The notes under the pieces: model-generated
What the model saw: the letters and a program-made list of their open reading frames with translations, nothing else
What the model was told of the DNA's origin: nothing
Databases searched by the model: none
Program-made: the position numbers and the translations under genes
Shown: piece after piece, positions 51,677 through 61,535 of the stretch
Layout: each line of letters opens with the position of its first letter
Numbering within the stretch: the stretch's first letter is position 1
NCBI GenBank assembly: GCA_950072105.1
Contig: CATMOE010000010.1
Location: 1 to 64,000, forward strand
Length of the DNA stretch: 64,000 nucleotides
Source: an uncultured Dehalococcoidia bacterium
Lineage (GTDB): Bacteria; Chloroflexota; Dehalococcoidia; Lucifugimonadales; UBA3495
Direction of reading: 5' to 3'

Positions 51677-53551
51677 TTGACAAGTCCGACCGGAGGAACC
51701 CAGGTAATAAACCAGGAAAAGATTCACCAAGAGAGCATGGCGCTGGCCCCGTCTGCTACGGGGATCATCCCCTTCATGGACGAAGAGATCGTCCGCCTGG
51801 AAGAGGAGTCCCAAAAGTTCCAGAACGGTGAACTGGAAAACGCCGAATTCACCCCTTTCCGGCTACGCCAGGGAGTGTATGGCCAGCGCCAAGCCGACGT
51901 TCAGATGATACGAGTCAAACTGCCCGGTGGGATCATCACCGCCGACGGTTTGCAAATGTTTGGGAAGATCACCGAACGGTATGCGCCTCTGCAAAAAGGT
52001 CACATCACCACACGGGAGAACATCCAGATCCACCACATTCCCTTGGACGAGTGCCCAGAAGTTTTGCGTTTGCTGGCAGAGGTGGGGTTGAGCACCAGAG
52101 AAGCGTGCGGCAACACCGTCAGAAACGTGATCAGCTCGCCTGGCGCGGGGATATGCCCCGACGAAGTTTTCGACCCGACACCCCACCTGACAGCCTACGT
52201 GCGGTTCGGCATTCGCCATCCCATCACGCAGAACTTCCCTCGCAAGTTCAAGACGGCCTTCACCGGATGCGACTCCCATGACACCGTGGCCGCCGCCATC
52301 CAGGACCTGACCTTCGTCTCTCAGATCAGAGAGACTGACGGCGTTACCCAACGGGGGTTCAGAATATTCGTGGGCGGCGGCACATCCATCATGCCCCGGC
52401 TAGCCAAACCTTTGTACGACTTCCTGCCTGAGGACGACTACTTGCGGCTGAGTTTGGCCATCTGGACGGTCTTCAACAACGCCCAGATGTTGCGCAAGAA
52501 CCGTATGATGGCCCGGCTCAAGGTTCTCATCGACCGGATCGGGCTGGATGATTTTCGCGCGCAAGTTGAGGAAGAACTGGAGAAGATAGGCCCCATAGAC
52601 CCCAAGCCTTTGATGGAAGCCGAAGAGATCCATAGAGAAACCGCGCCGGCTGTGGAGCATCTCTCCTTCCCGGCCCTCAAACTCAACGGATCCTCTAACA
52701 ACGGTCACCACGGAGACGATGAGTTCGATCACTGGACGGAAACAAACGTTTCCGCTCAGAAGCAAGAAGGCTATTACCTGGTCTACGTCAAAATGACCCG
52801 TGGCGACATCACCGCAGCCCAGTTCCACGGTCTGGCAGACATTGTCCGCCGCTACACCGGCGGCCGCGCCCGAACCAACCAGGAGCAGAACCTGGCCCTC
52901 CGCTGGGTCCCTGGCCAGTCATTGAAAGAAGTATGGCAAGCATTGAAAGCCATTGGTTTGGCCGATGCCGACGTCCACACCATCGCTGACGTCGTTTCCT
53001 GCCCCGGAACCGACAGCTGCAAGCTGGGCATCACCTCGTCGATGGGCCTGTCCAAGGCCGTGACGGATGATATGGCGGGCTGGAACGGTTTGATGGAGGA
53101 CGAAGGGGTCCGTAAGATCCGCATCAAGATAAGCGGCTGCCCCAACGGATGCGGGCTGCACCACATCGCCAACATAGGCTTCCACGGCGCGGCCGTTAAA
53201 GGCCCCGACGGCGATCAGATCCCGGCCTACGAGCTGTTCCTAGGCGGCAACTACGGCGATAACCGAGTGGAGGACTCCAGCATCGGCACGCGGATTCCCA
53301 AGGTGAAAGTCCCCGCCAAGGCCGTTCCGGGCGTCATCAAACAGATCACCACCTACTACAAAGAGAACCGCCAGAACCAGGAGAGCTTCAACAAGTTCCT
53401 GGAAAGGGTCGGTATCGCCCAACTAACCGCCGTCGCCGCCCAAGCCCAGAGTATCACCGAGTCCACCGAAGCGGGTTCCGACCTTTACTTCGATTGGGAG
53501 CGGACCAACATATACAAGCTGGAACGCGGTGAAGGTGAGTGCATGGTCTAG
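51677..53551 (+). CDS. Ferredoxin-dependent siroheme sulfite/nitrite reductase (sulfite favoured)
   Basis: RLRQGVYGQRQ, TTRENIQ, ACGNTVRN, PRKFK, CPGTDSC and SGCPNGC ligands; AGGAGG RBS, TTG start. Confidence 0.9.
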   Translation: MTSPTGGTQVINQEKIHQESMALAPSATGIIPFMDEEIVRLEEESQKFQNGELENAEFTPFRLRQGVYGQRQADVQMIRVKLPGGIITADGLQMFGKITERYAPLQKGHITTRENIQIHHIPLDECPEVLRLLAEVGLSTREACGNTVRNVISSPGAGICPDEVFDPTPHLTAYVRFGIRHPITQNFPRKFKTAFTGCDSHDTVAAAIQDLTFVSQIRETDGVTQRGFRIFVGGGTSIMPRLAKPLYDFLPEDDYLRLSLAIWTVFNNAQMLRKNRMMARLKVLIDRIGLDDFRAQVEEELEKIGPIDPKPLMEAEEIHRETAPAVEHLSFPALKLNGSSNNGHHGDDEFDHWTETNVSAQKQEGYYLVYVKMTRGDITAAQFHGLADIVRRYTGGRARTNQEQNLALRWVPGQSLKEVWQALKAIGLADADVHTIADVVSCPGTDSCKLGITSSMGLSKAVTDDMAGWNGLMEDEGVRKIRIKISGCPNGCGLHHIANIGFHGAAVKGPDGDQIPAYELFLGGNYGDNRVEDSSIGTRIPKVKVPAKAVPGVIKQITTYYKENRQNQESFNKFLERVGIAQLTAVAAQAQSITESTEAGSDLYFDWERTNIYKLERGEGECMV

Positions 53552-53560
53552 GGTACGGGA

Positions 53561-54385
53561 GTGGCAGCCTCGCTAAGCGGCAAAGTCGTCGCCTTTTTGG
53601 AATCCCGCATGCAATCGGAGATGGCGGGGCTGATTGAACGCCATGGAGGCACACCCTACCCTGCTCCGGTCCTTCAGGAGGTCTATCTGAAGGACAGCCC
53701 TGAAGTGCGGCGATTGATTCAGGATATCTGCGCCGAACAGGTCGATATAGTCGTCCTGCTCACCGGCGTGGGCACCCAAGCCCTCGTCGAGACCGCCGCG
53801 TCCATGGGCCTGGAGCAAGATTTTCTCCGGAGCCTGAACACCCGGACCATCATCGCCCGCAGCCCCAAGCCCGCCAGGGTGCTGCGCCGGCACAAGATTC
53901 ACATCGACGTCATGCCGCCGGAACCCTACACCTCACAGGACTTGATCCAGGCCATACAGGATATGGACTTGTCCGGAAAAGAAGTGGCGGTGCAGGCATA
54001 CGGCGGGCCCAACAGCTTCCTCAAACGCAGTTTGCAAGAAAGCGGCGCTAATGTTCGAGAAGTCACGCTGTATACCTGGGGGCTTCCCGAGGATACGGCG
54101 CCGGTGGTGCGGCTGATCGACGATCTGGCCCTGGGCGCGATCGATGCCATGGCATTCACCAGCCAACCCCAGGTTGAAAACCTGCTGACCGTCGCCGCTC
54201 AGATGGGAAGGGACGAATCCTTGAGGAAAAGTCTTGACCAACCGTCGCTGGCGATCGCTTCCATAGGACCGGTTTGCAGCCGGAAGCTGAGGGAGAAGCA
54301 CATCAAGATCGACGTGGAACCGGAGCACGTTCACATGGGCAACCTGATAGTCGCCCTAGCCGAACACTTGGGTCCGGACGTTTAA
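53561..54385 (+). CDS. hemD: Uroporphyrinogen-III synthase
   Basis: LLTGVG, ARSPKP, AFTSQPQV, ASIGPVCS motifs. Confidence 0.85.
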   Translation: MAASLSGKVVAFLESRMQSEMAGLIERHGGTPYPAPVLQEVYLKDSPEVRRLIQDICAEQVDIVVLLTGVGTQALVETAASMGLEQDFLRSLNTRTIIARSPKPARVLRRHKIHIDVMPPEPYTSQDLIQAIQDMDLSGKEVAVQAYGGPNSFLKRSLQESGANVREVTLYTWGLPEDTAPVVRLIDDLALGAIDAMAFTSQPQVENLLTVAAQMGRDESLRKSLDQPSLAIASIGPVCSRKLREKHIKIDVEPEHVHMGNLIVALAEHLGPDV

Positions 54386-54399
54386 AGGGCGGCCAAACT

Positions 54400-54801
54400 C
54401 TAGCCGCTTTTCAGCCAGTTCTTGATCCGGTCCCACGGGGACTGGACCTCATCCACGGATCTTCCCCGCCACTTCTTCTCATAGGAAATGGATCTGGGCG
54501 TGACAAAAAACAGAAGGTAGGACACGGCGAGTAAACCAAGGCCTACCCAGATCAATGGCCAAAACCAGATTCCCGCTATCAAAACGACCGCGCCGGTCAG
54601 CATTGCCTTTCCGGGTGAGACTCTTGGCAACCGCCAACGATAATTTGGACCTGCCGCAGGGGCCTCCCGGCTGGCGCGAATCGGCCTGGGACCTCGATCG
54701 ACAACGCTTCTCCGTTCCCCTTCCTGCGGCTGTTCGCTGGGAGGCGCCTCGCCGACCCTCTTCAAGATTTCCTCTATCTCGTCTTGGTACTTCTCAGGCA
54801 T
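54400..54801 (-). CDS. Hypothetical membrane protein
   Basis: GGAGG RBS; KYQDEIEEIL N-terminus, two TM helices, YEKKWRG. Confidence 0.7.
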   Translation of the reverse strand: MPEKYQDEIEEILKRVGEAPPSEQPQEGERRSVVDRGPRPIRASREAPAAGPNYRWRLPRVSPGKAMLTGAVVLIAGIWFWPLIWVGLGLLAVSYLLFFVTPRSISYEKKWRGRSVDEVQSPWDRIKNWLKSG

Positions 54802-55193
54802 ACCGCCTCCAGTCAGGTAACTCTCGGTTGTGCCAGTAATTCTCTCTGGACCAGGCTGAAGGTTGGCTCCGATCGGTTCCGGCCCGATACCACCGTTAGG
54901 CTATCGATTCCCAGGCTGCATCTGAGCCTAAATAGATACAGGGGTGAATTATACCGTACCCTGACAGTCGCCGGGAAGAGGAGAATCCACTGAATTTCCC
55001 GTCCGTTCTCGATTCCGTCCCAGGACTAGTTGCGAAATCACAACGGCCTGGCCTTCTTGGAGCACCTTTCTAGTCATTGGAGCCTTATTCTTCACTCTTG
55101 TGAATTGGCTCTTCATTGGGGTAGGATGCCGGAAGCAGGTACAATTCTCAACCGGTCCCCATGGAACCCCCGTGGTGGGAAAAGGATTATCAC

Positions 55194-56231
55194 GTGGTTG
55201 AACAACTGATGTTGAGTGTGGTCGACCAGTCTCCTGTGAGGGACGGCGACTCCGCCGGAGACGCTCTCCGAGATACCATCGAATTGGCGGCGGTGGTGGA
55301 AAAACTAGGATACCAACGGTATTGGCTGGCTGAGCACCACAGCATCGCCAACTTCGCCGGGACCAGCCCGGAAATACTGATCGGACAGGTGGCCGCCCGC
55401 ACCAAGACCATCCGGGTGGGCAGCGGCGGCGTGATGCTTTCCCATTACAGCGCGTTCAAGGTGGCGGAAAACTTCCGAATGTTGGAGGCGCTCTATCCCG
55501 GGCGCATCGACCTGGGCATCGGACGCGCCCCAGGAAGCGACCAACTGACCAACGCGGCCCTGTCCTACCCCAAACGCCCCGCTGACATCAGCCATTTCCC
55601 CCAACAGGTAACCGACGTGCTGGGCCACCTCGGGGGCAGTCTTGACGCCGAGCACATCTTTGCCGGCATCCGCGCCGGCCCCGTCCCCACAGGAATGCCC
55701 CATGTCTGGCTTCTGGGTTCCCGTTACGAAAGCGCATATATGGCGGCAAGCCTGGGCCTGCCCTTCGCCTACGCCCACTTTTTCGGCCTAGGAGTCGAAG
55801 AAGGTCCGCAAATAGTGGATGGATACCGTAAAAGCTTCAAACCGTCGGAATACCTGTCCGAGCCCAAGGTCAACATCGGCGTTCAGGTACTTTGCGCTGA
55901 CACCGAAGAAGCGGCCCTACGCATAGCCTCGAGCCGCAACCTGGCCCGCCTCAAGTCGGTCACCGGACGGGCGAGGGGCGTACCCACCATCGAAGAAGCG
56001 CTGGCCTACGAGTACGCGCCCAACGAGGTAGCCTATACCCAGCAATATACCAGGCTCTGCGTCGATGGCACGCCGGAGCAGGTGAAAGAACGGCTGGACG
56101 AACTGGCCGAGATGTACCAGACCCAAGATCTGAGCATCGTTACGATCTGCTACGCCTTTGCCGACCGGGTCCGCTCCTACGAGTTGGTGGCTCAGGTCTG
56201 CGGGCTGGAGCAAGGGCCGGGTAGCTGCTAG
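55194..56231 (+). CDS. LLM class flavin-dependent oxidoreductase (YhbW-like)
   Basis: LSVVDQSP, YWLAEHH, GSGGVML, RIDLGIGRAPG; start uncertain (55161 or 55194). Confidence 0.92.
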   Translation: MVEQLMLSVVDQSPVRDGDSAGDALRDTIELAAVVEKLGYQRYWLAEHHSIANFAGTSPEILIGQVAARTKTIRVGSGGVMLSHYSAFKVAENFRMLEALYPGRIDLGIGRAPGSDQLTNAALSYPKRPADISHFPQQVTDVLGHLGGSLDAEHIFAGIRAGPVPTGMPHVWLLGSRYESAYMAASLGLPFAYAHFFGLGVEEGPQIVDGYRKSFKPSEYLSEPKVNIGVQVLCADTEEAALRIASSRNLARLKSVTGRARGVPTIEEALAYEYAPNEVAYTQQYTRLCVDGTPEQVKERLDELAEMYQTQDLSIVTICYAFADRVRSYELVAQVCGLEQGPGSC

Positions 56232-57083
56232 ATCCCCTTGAACCACTGGCCAAAATCGGCGGCCAATCCGCTATCCCCCTCCACCGCCAACCGGCCGGCG
56301 GCGATGGCCGGAGACGGGGCTAAGCGTCCGTTGAGCAGCAGCAGGAAGGTTTCCGTGTCGCATCGAAACGTCACGTCGGCGCGACCCTCCCCGGCATCTT
56401 CCAAACGGAACTGATCGCCAGCCATGGCAATCTCCACGCTGATCGGGACTGGTTTACTCACGTCGAAGCGATAGCGTACCGGAGCCGGCAAGCTGGGGGC
56501 CCGGCCAAAATGCCCAGGGAAGAGACCCGGACGCAATAGAGTTGGCGAGCAGAATCATGATTGAGGGCAGACACTCCCGGGATAGACCGGCATCCGGCTC
56601 CAGCGCGGAGCGGATGTCCCACTCGTGCAGAGCCAGTTCTTTTAACCTCAAGTCGATGAAATTACCTGCCGGGACGATACCGCCCGGGTGATAGCAGGGC
56701 GTTTCCAGCCGTTCCGGCCCCAACCCCGCCAGCACATCGGCCAACTGACCGTCCCGCTGTTTGAGGGTCGCAAGCAATTGGTCGCCAAGCATCTCGGCGT
56801 TTGCGATGGCCCCTTGGGCGATGCGCTCACCGGAGGACGCTCCGGTGGCGGTACCGGGATCAGGCCGGCCTTCGGGAGCGGTCGTATCTCCCTACAACCC
56901 GCACTCCACGGTTGTCGCATATAACTCCGATACTCCGCTCAAATGGGCTACAACGTGGCGCACCTCCCAACGGTCGCAGGCGCTTTGATGGGTCCACGCC
57001 GTTTCCGCCAGACCGGCCAGGTACCCTTGCACACGCTCCATCTCCGATCGGAGCACCTTCACCCGGTTCTCATGCATGGTCAT
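56228..57083 (-). pseudogene. Disrupted maleylpyruvate isomerase-like (DinB fold) protein with SCP2-like C-terminus
   Basis: SAC..WEVRHVVAHL, ELALHEWDIR; in-frame TAG at 56892-56894 and a +1 frameshift in the run at 56495-56499. Confidence 0.85.
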
Positions 57084-57138
57084 GCTGATTTCCTTCTCGC
57101 CGGTGGTTGCTTGCGGTCACCCCGTTGAATCCCGTCTC

Positions 57139-57852
57139 CTACGACTCCAGTTGGTCGGCGAGATCCACAAAGTTGCTGGCAACGAAGTCGAAAGACGGGT
57201 CGGGAGTGGGGTCCGGTTTGTTGTTGGGGCCGCGCTCCATGGGACGGGGGACGAAGGCCGACTTGAGGCCAACCTTCTGCGCAGACAATAGATCGCCCTG
57301 GTGGGCCGCCACCATCATTACCTGGTGGGGTTTCAAGCCCAACAGGTCCACCGCCGTTTGGTAGCTCTCCGGGTCCGGTTTGTAATGTCTGGCCAACTCC
57401 GCGCCAAGGATGCAATCCCAGGGCAGGCCGGCGTATTTTCCCATGTTAGTCATTAAAGCAACGTTGCCGTTGGACATGGGCGCCAGGATGAAACGGCGTT
57501 TTAGCCGCCACAGTCCCGGCGCCGAATCGGGCCAGCCGTCCAGACGATGCCAGGCCAGGTTGAACTCGGCTTTAGTCTCCTCGCTGAGGCCATGGATCTC
57601 GAACTCGCCCAGCACGTCCTCCAGAGCCATCCTGTGCAGCGCGTCCAAGTTGGTCCAAGGCAACTCCCCGCTGCGTACTTTATCCATGTAGGGCCGGTAT
57701 TTGGACCGCCAGGAATCTGCGAATGCCTCCCAGTCGGCCTTCAGACCGTTGGCTTTGCCGAATTCCTGGCCTTGCCTGGTAATGGAAGTCCGCCAATCAA
57801 CCACCGTGCCAAAGACATCAAATATCAGGGCCTTCACGCCGGAAGAGTCCAT
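57139..57852 (-). CDS. Haloacid dehalogenase type II (HAD hydrolase)
   Basis: FDVFGTVVDW, SNGN, YKPDP, MVAAH..DL motifs. Confidence 0.92.
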   Translation of the reverse strand: MDSSGVKALIFDVFGTVVDWRTSITRQGQEFGKANGLKADWEAFADSWRSKYRPYMDKVRSGELPWTNLDALHRMALEDVLGEFEIHGLSEETKAEFNLAWHRLDGWPDSAPGLWRLKRRFILAPMSNGNVALMTNMGKYAGLPWDCILGAELARHYKPDPESYQTAVDLLGLKPHQVMMVAAHQGDLLSAQKVGLKSAFVPRPMERGPNNKPDPTPDPSFDFVASNFVDLADQLES

Positions 57853-57892
57853 CTTCTTTTCCTCCCCAAATCCGTATAGCCAAAGTGGACGA

Positions 57893-57961
57893 TCCTTCGA
57901 CAGGCTCAGGACGAACGGGGGAAATCAACCCCCTCCGTTCGTGGTGAGCTTGTCGAACCAC
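57893..57961. repeat. Dispersed inverted-repeat element, copy 2
   Basis: Same two arms as 26736-26809 with a different spacer. Confidence 0.9.
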
Positions 57962-58100
57962 ATTTCTAGGCAGTTACTAGATGCTCGTGGCCGAGGCTCA
58001 TAGCCGCCCAGCATTGGCAAGATACCCACCGGTGGACGGCTTGTCAAATGGCCGGTGATATAATCCTGGGCATCTTCCCGGTAAAGCTTAAAGAGGCAAA

Positions 58101-59063
58101 TTGAAACGAATTATTATCGACACCGACCCGGGCATCGACGACGCAGCCGCCATCCTGCTGGCCTTGGCCAGCCCCGAACTGTCGGTGGACGCCGTCACTA
58201 CCGTATTCGGTAACGGCCCGGTGGACAGATGCACCGCCAACGCTAGCCGGGTACTGCTGGCCGCCGGACGCACCGATATACCGGTTTATCAGGGAGCAGC
58301 CAAACCCTTGGTACGCCCGCCCAATGCCGGATGGGCCCTCCACATTCACGGCGACGATGCCCTGGGGAACACCGGCTTTCCCCTACCCGCCGAAACACCT
58401 CAACCCGGCGAAACCCGGCATGCGGCGCTGGAATTAGTCGACAGGGTTATGGCTTCCCCGGGGGAGATCACCATTGTGGCGCTGGGGCGATTGACCAACG
58501 TAGCGCTAGCCTTGAGCCTTGAGTCTCGGTTTGCCCAAAGCGTGGCTCGTATCGTCGTTATGGGGGGAGCGGTATACGTGCCGGGTAACGTCTCCCCAGT
58601 GGCGTCGGCCAACTTATACGAAGACCCGGAGGCGGCGTCCATCGTGTACTCCTCCGGAGCTCCCCTGGCCCAGGTCGGGCTGGACGTTTGCAACATGGTA
58701 AACATCAGCCGGGATCAGTTGGAACAGATCCAGCGAGCGGGAAAGGCCACCACGAGATTGCTGGCGGCCGCTACACCCTCGCTACACGATTCCTACGTGG
58801 CGCGCGGGCTTCTGAAAGAAGAGGAGGGGGTGCGTTACAACGACATGCCGGCCATCGCCTTCATGGTAGACCCGGACCTGTTTGGCTGCTCGGACATGTT
58901 CGTGGAAATCGAAACCCAAAGCCCCACCTCCCGAGGCCAGACAGTGGCCCAACGTGCCGGCCCCGGCGTACCCCCGCCCAACGTCACCGTCTGCCTGGAG
59001 GTAGACGGTGACAGAGTTGCCCGGCTGTTCACGGAGCGTATCGTTGGCTACGGCGCACCGTGA
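58101..59063 (+). CDS. Nucleoside hydrolase (IUNH family)
   Basis: DTDPGIDDA, HG.D.LG, LTNVA, MGG..GN motifs. Confidence 0.92.
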   Translation: MKRIIIDTDPGIDDAAAILLALASPELSVDAVTTVFGNGPVDRCTANASRVLLAAGRTDIPVYQGAAKPLVRPPNAGWALHIHGDDALGNTGFPLPAETPQPGETRHAALELVDRVMASPGEITIVALGRLTNVALALSLESRFAQSVARIVVMGGAVYVPGNVSPVASANLYEDPEAASIVYSSGAPLAQVGLDVCNMVNISRDQLEQIQRAGKATTRLLAAATPSLHDSYVARGLLKEEEGVRYNDMPAIAFMVDPDLFGCSDMFVEIETQSPTSRGQTVAQRAGPGVPPPNVTVCLEVDGDRVARLFTERIVGYGAP

Positions 59064-59111
59064 ACACCAGTCAACTAGAACTACGTCTCAGACAAGTCGT
59101 ACCGATGCCGA

Positions 59112-59582
59112 TTAAAGGCCGTCTACCGCCGCTTGGACCTCGTCGTAATCAGGCTCGACTCCGGGATTGGGGCCGATCCATGTGTATCGGATCACGCCTT
59201 CCTTGTCTACGACAAAGACGGCTCTCTTGGCCGCCACGTAGCCGTCCATGCCGGCGAAATTCTCCAGAGCCACGTCGTACTGGTTGACCACCTGACGGGT
59301 GAAATCGCTCAGCAGCGGGAAATTCAGGTTATTCTGGTCGCTGAAAACCTTCTGGGCGAACGCCCCATCTACGCTGATGCCGAGTACCTGACTGTTCAGG
59401 GAATTAAACCGTTCCATCCGGTCCCTGAAAGTGCACATCTCAGTAGTGCAAACCCCGGTAAACGCTCCTGGGTAGAAGGCCAAGACCACGCTTTTGCCTC
59501 GAAACTCTGCCAAAGACCGCTGTTGCCGGTCAGCATCGTAAAGGGTGAAATCCGGCGCCGGTTGTCCCACTTCCACTGCCAT
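59112..59582 (-). CDS. Peroxiredoxin (AhpE/BCP-like, single Cys)
   Basis: FYPGAFTGVCTTE, GISVD, LLSDF motifs. Confidence 0.92.
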   Translation of the reverse strand: MAVEVGQPAPDFTLYDADRQQRSLAEFRGKSVVLAFYPGAFTGVCTTEMCTFRDRMERFNSLNSQVLGISVDGAFAQKVFSDQNNLNFPLLSDFTRQVVNQYDVALENFAGMDGYVAAKRAVFVVDKEGVIRYTWIGPNPGVEPDYDEVQAAVDGL

Positions 59583-59804
59583 AAATATCCTCCTGCACAG
59601 CCGCCAGCCAATCGCCGGCCGCTGGAAATCAATTATTCTAGCCGTATCTGTTCGGCTTTGGCCTATGTTAACACAGGCTCGGCGATCGGAAGCACCGGAG
59701 GCTACCTTTCAGCTTGGAAACAGCTACATCGTGGTACAATTGCCCGGCTCCGTCTAGAAGGGCGGCAGATCAATCACTAGAGCGATCACGGGAGCAAGCA
59801 AGCT

Positions 59805-61406
59805 ATGTATTTTGATTCACGGCGTTCCACGGTCCTGGCAACCCACGGTATGGTCGCGACCAGCCAGCCCCTAGCGGCAATGGCCGGTGTACGCGTCTTG
59901 ATGGACGGGGGCAACGCCGTGGACGCCGCCATCGCCAGCGCCGCGGTGCTCAACGTGGTGGAGCCGGTATCCACCGGCGTGGGCGGCGACATGTTCGCTC
60001 TGATATGGAACAACAAGGAAAAGAGTGTCCGGTCGATAAACGGCAGCGGCCGCGCCCCCATGGGAGCGACGATCGATGCGCTGAAAGCCGAAGGACACAG
60101 CATGATGCCGCAAAAAGGCGTCCACTCTGTTACCGTGCCAGGAGCCGTCCATGGATGGGAAACCCTGCTGGAAAGCTGCGGGACCATGCCACTGTCCCAT
60201 CTCCTGCAACCCGCGATAAAGTACGCCGAGGAAGGTTTTCCCGTATCCGACATCATCTCCTTCCAATGGTCCAAAATGGTGGAGACGCTATCCCGGCTCC
60301 CCTCCGGTCAGGAGATGTTGCTAAATGGAAAGGCCCCCAAGCACGGCGAGATGATGCGCATCCCCACGTTGGGCCGTACCCTGAGGGCCGTGGCCGAGGG
60401 AGGGTCGGAAGCCTTCTATAAAGGCGATATCGCGGCGAAGTTGGCGGAGTTCATACAGGAGCAGGGCGGGTGTATGACCACCGCCGACATGGCCAATCAC
60501 ACTTCCGATTGGCAGGACCCCATCTCCACCGACTACCGGGGCGTGACCTGCTGGGAATGCCCGCCCAGCGACCAGGGTGTGGCCGCTCTGGAAGCGTTGA
60601 ACATCATCGAAGGTTACGACATCGCGGCGATGGGTTCCCAGACCGCCGACACGTATCACCATCTGATCGAGGCGATGCGTCTGGCTTTTGCCGACGCCTT
60701 CCAATACGTCGCCGACCCCGACTTCGCCCAGGTGCCGACCGCCGAAATGCTGTCCAAAGACTTTGCCAAAAAGCGCCGCGCGCTGATAGATCCCAGGCGG
60801 GCTTTGGAAACCGTCCCTTACGGCAAGATCCAAGGCGGCAGCGACACCGTCTACATCAGCGCGGTGGACGGTGAAGGCAACGCTTGCTCCTTCATCTACA
60901 GCATCTATTCCAACTTTGGGTCCGGCATGGTGGTGCCAGGAACCGGCATAGTGCTGCACAATAGGGGCGCCCTCTTCTCGCTGGAACCCGGCCACGTCAA
61001 CGCTCTGGAGGGAGGCAAACGACCCTACCACACCATAATCCCCGGGCTGGCGACCAAGGACAACGAACTGTACCTTTGCTACGGCGTGATGGGCGCATTC
61101 ATGCAACCCCAGGGGCACCTCCAAGTGATCAGCAACCTGGTGGACCACGGCATGGACGCTCAGGCTGCCCTTAATGCCCTGCGGTTCATCGTCACGGAAG
61201 CCGACGTTTCCTTGGAAGAAGGCATCTCTCCCCAGGTGTTAGCCGATCTGGATAACCGGGGACATAACACCAAGATGATCAGCAGCTACTACCGGGGCAT
61301 GTCCGGCGGGATGGGCGGCGCCCAGTTGATCCAACGAGACCCCGGCACCGGCGTCCTACACGGCGCGTCCGAACCCCGTAAAGACGGCTGCGCCATCGGC
61401 TGGTAA
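59805..61406 (+). CDS. ggt: Gamma-glutamyltransferase family protein
   Basis: GGNAVDAA, GGDMF, DTVYISAVD (Thr nucleophile), RPYHTIIP, SEPRKDG motifs. Confidence 0.93.
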   Translation: MYFDSRRSTVLATHGMVATSQPLAAMAGVRVLMDGGNAVDAAIASAAVLNVVEPVSTGVGGDMFALIWNNKEKSVRSINGSGRAPMGATIDALKAEGHSMMPQKGVHSVTVPGAVHGWETLLESCGTMPLSHLLQPAIKYAEEGFPVSDIISFQWSKMVETLSRLPSGQEMLLNGKAPKHGEMMRIPTLGRTLRAVAEGGSEAFYKGDIAAKLAEFIQEQGGCMTTADMANHTSDWQDPISTDYRGVTCWECPPSDQGVAALEALNIIEGYDIAAMGSQTADTYHHLIEAMRLAFADAFQYVADPDFAQVPTAEMLSKDFAKKRRALIDPRRALETVPYGKIQGGSDTVYISAVDGEGNACSFIYSIYSNFGSGMVVPGTGIVLHNRGALFSLEPGHVNALEGGKRPYHTIIPGLATKDNELYLCYGVMGAFMQPQGHLQVISNLVDHGMDAQAALNALRFIVTEADVSLEEGISPQVLADLDNRGHNTKMISSYYRGMSGGMGGAQLIQRDPGTGVLHGASEPRKDGCAIGW

Positions 61407-61535
61407 GGATTGTAGAGGCCGGATCAGCTTGTAAGTCTTCCTGCGTTGACACTAACCGAACCCGCAGGTAGACTCCGAAATGTATCGCAAGTTCACACCG
61501 TCCTTAAAAGTTGGTTTGCATCGATAGGAGTTCCC

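Noticed and set aside
56892..56894. In-frame TAG as pyrrolysine or amber readthrough
   Set aside because: The same gene also has a frameshift, the site is not obviously catalytic, and no pyl genes are seen.
59112..59582. Peroxiredoxin and ArsM as further selenoproteins
   Set aside because: Both have ordinary Cys codons and complete frames; the other TGA-ending genes examined end at natural C-termini.
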